Assembly: GCF_039654945.1 (NCBI RefSeq)
Contig: NW_027361695.1
Span: 9,734,001 to 9,798,000 of the forward strand
Source of the DNA: Dendrobates tinctorius
Taxonomy: Eukaryota
Direction of reading: 5' to 3'
Length of the DNA stretch: 64,000 bases
Each line of letters begins with the position of its first letter. The first letter of the stretch is position 1. Shown here in pieces: positions 63,746 to 64,000 of this stretch. The notes beneath the pieces were generated by a model, which saw nothing but the letters and a program-made list of their open reading frames with translations, was not told where the DNA came from and made no database searches. Position numbers and translations under genes: made by a program.

Positions 63746-64000
63746 TCTGAGGATCACAATTGGGGTATAATACTGGGTTAAGGTCATCATACTTTGCTGG
63801 GCGAGTACAGTAGGGTCATCATAGTGTGAGTGTGGAGGGTAGAGTGTTATTTTATGACACCTATTAATTAAAATGTGGTTTGTTTGTGGGACACCCCTTT
63901 AAGTTTGTTTCCATATGGAAAGGTTAATCGTTATAGATGATGATAAGGAAAGATTTCTCAATTGTAGACATTTTTTTTTAATAGCTATCAAGGTTGGCCC

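Noticed and set aside
1-64000. tRNA, rRNA or snRNA genes, and a nameable host protein-coding gene
   Set aside because: None recognisable by eye. Small exons or structured ncRNAs could be missed without alignment or covariance-model searches.

Overview
Vertebrate nuclear DNA, most likely a frog. That is inferred from the repeat repertoire: T2/Kolobok-type TTAA MITEs, PIF/Harbinger MITEs with TWA target duplications, Charlie-type hAT elements, young L2 LINEs, a V-SINE remnant and TG...CA solo LTRs. I find no intact host protein-coding exon. Almost all ORFs in the supplied track are by-products of minisatellites or transposon sequence. The only protein-like sequence is degenerate transposon coding: two L2 ORF2 fragments, a Tc1 transposase and two mariner-like transposase C-termini. 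The window looks like a large intron or 5' region densely packed with nested non-autonomous transposons, many with exact target-site duplications (TSDs) readable by eye. The best host-gene signal is a candidate promoter plus non-coding, uORF-containing first exon on the + strand at about 50.15-50.53 kb (gene not identified); a few transcription-factor motif clusters look like enhancers. Most unusual observations: (1) four copies of one ~0.8-0.9 kb TG...CA LTR-like family, each with a perfect 6-bp TSD; (2) a 2.77-kb hAT element built as a giant palindrome, with a 52-bp hairpin micro-inverted in one arm; (3) a TA-flanked element made of two head-to-head 3' ends of a mariner-like transposase gene; (4) a 216-bp fold-back palindrome carrying the GAAACGCGTT half of a Penelope-type hammerhead motif. 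I cannot support a claim of a new multi-gene system from this sequence.
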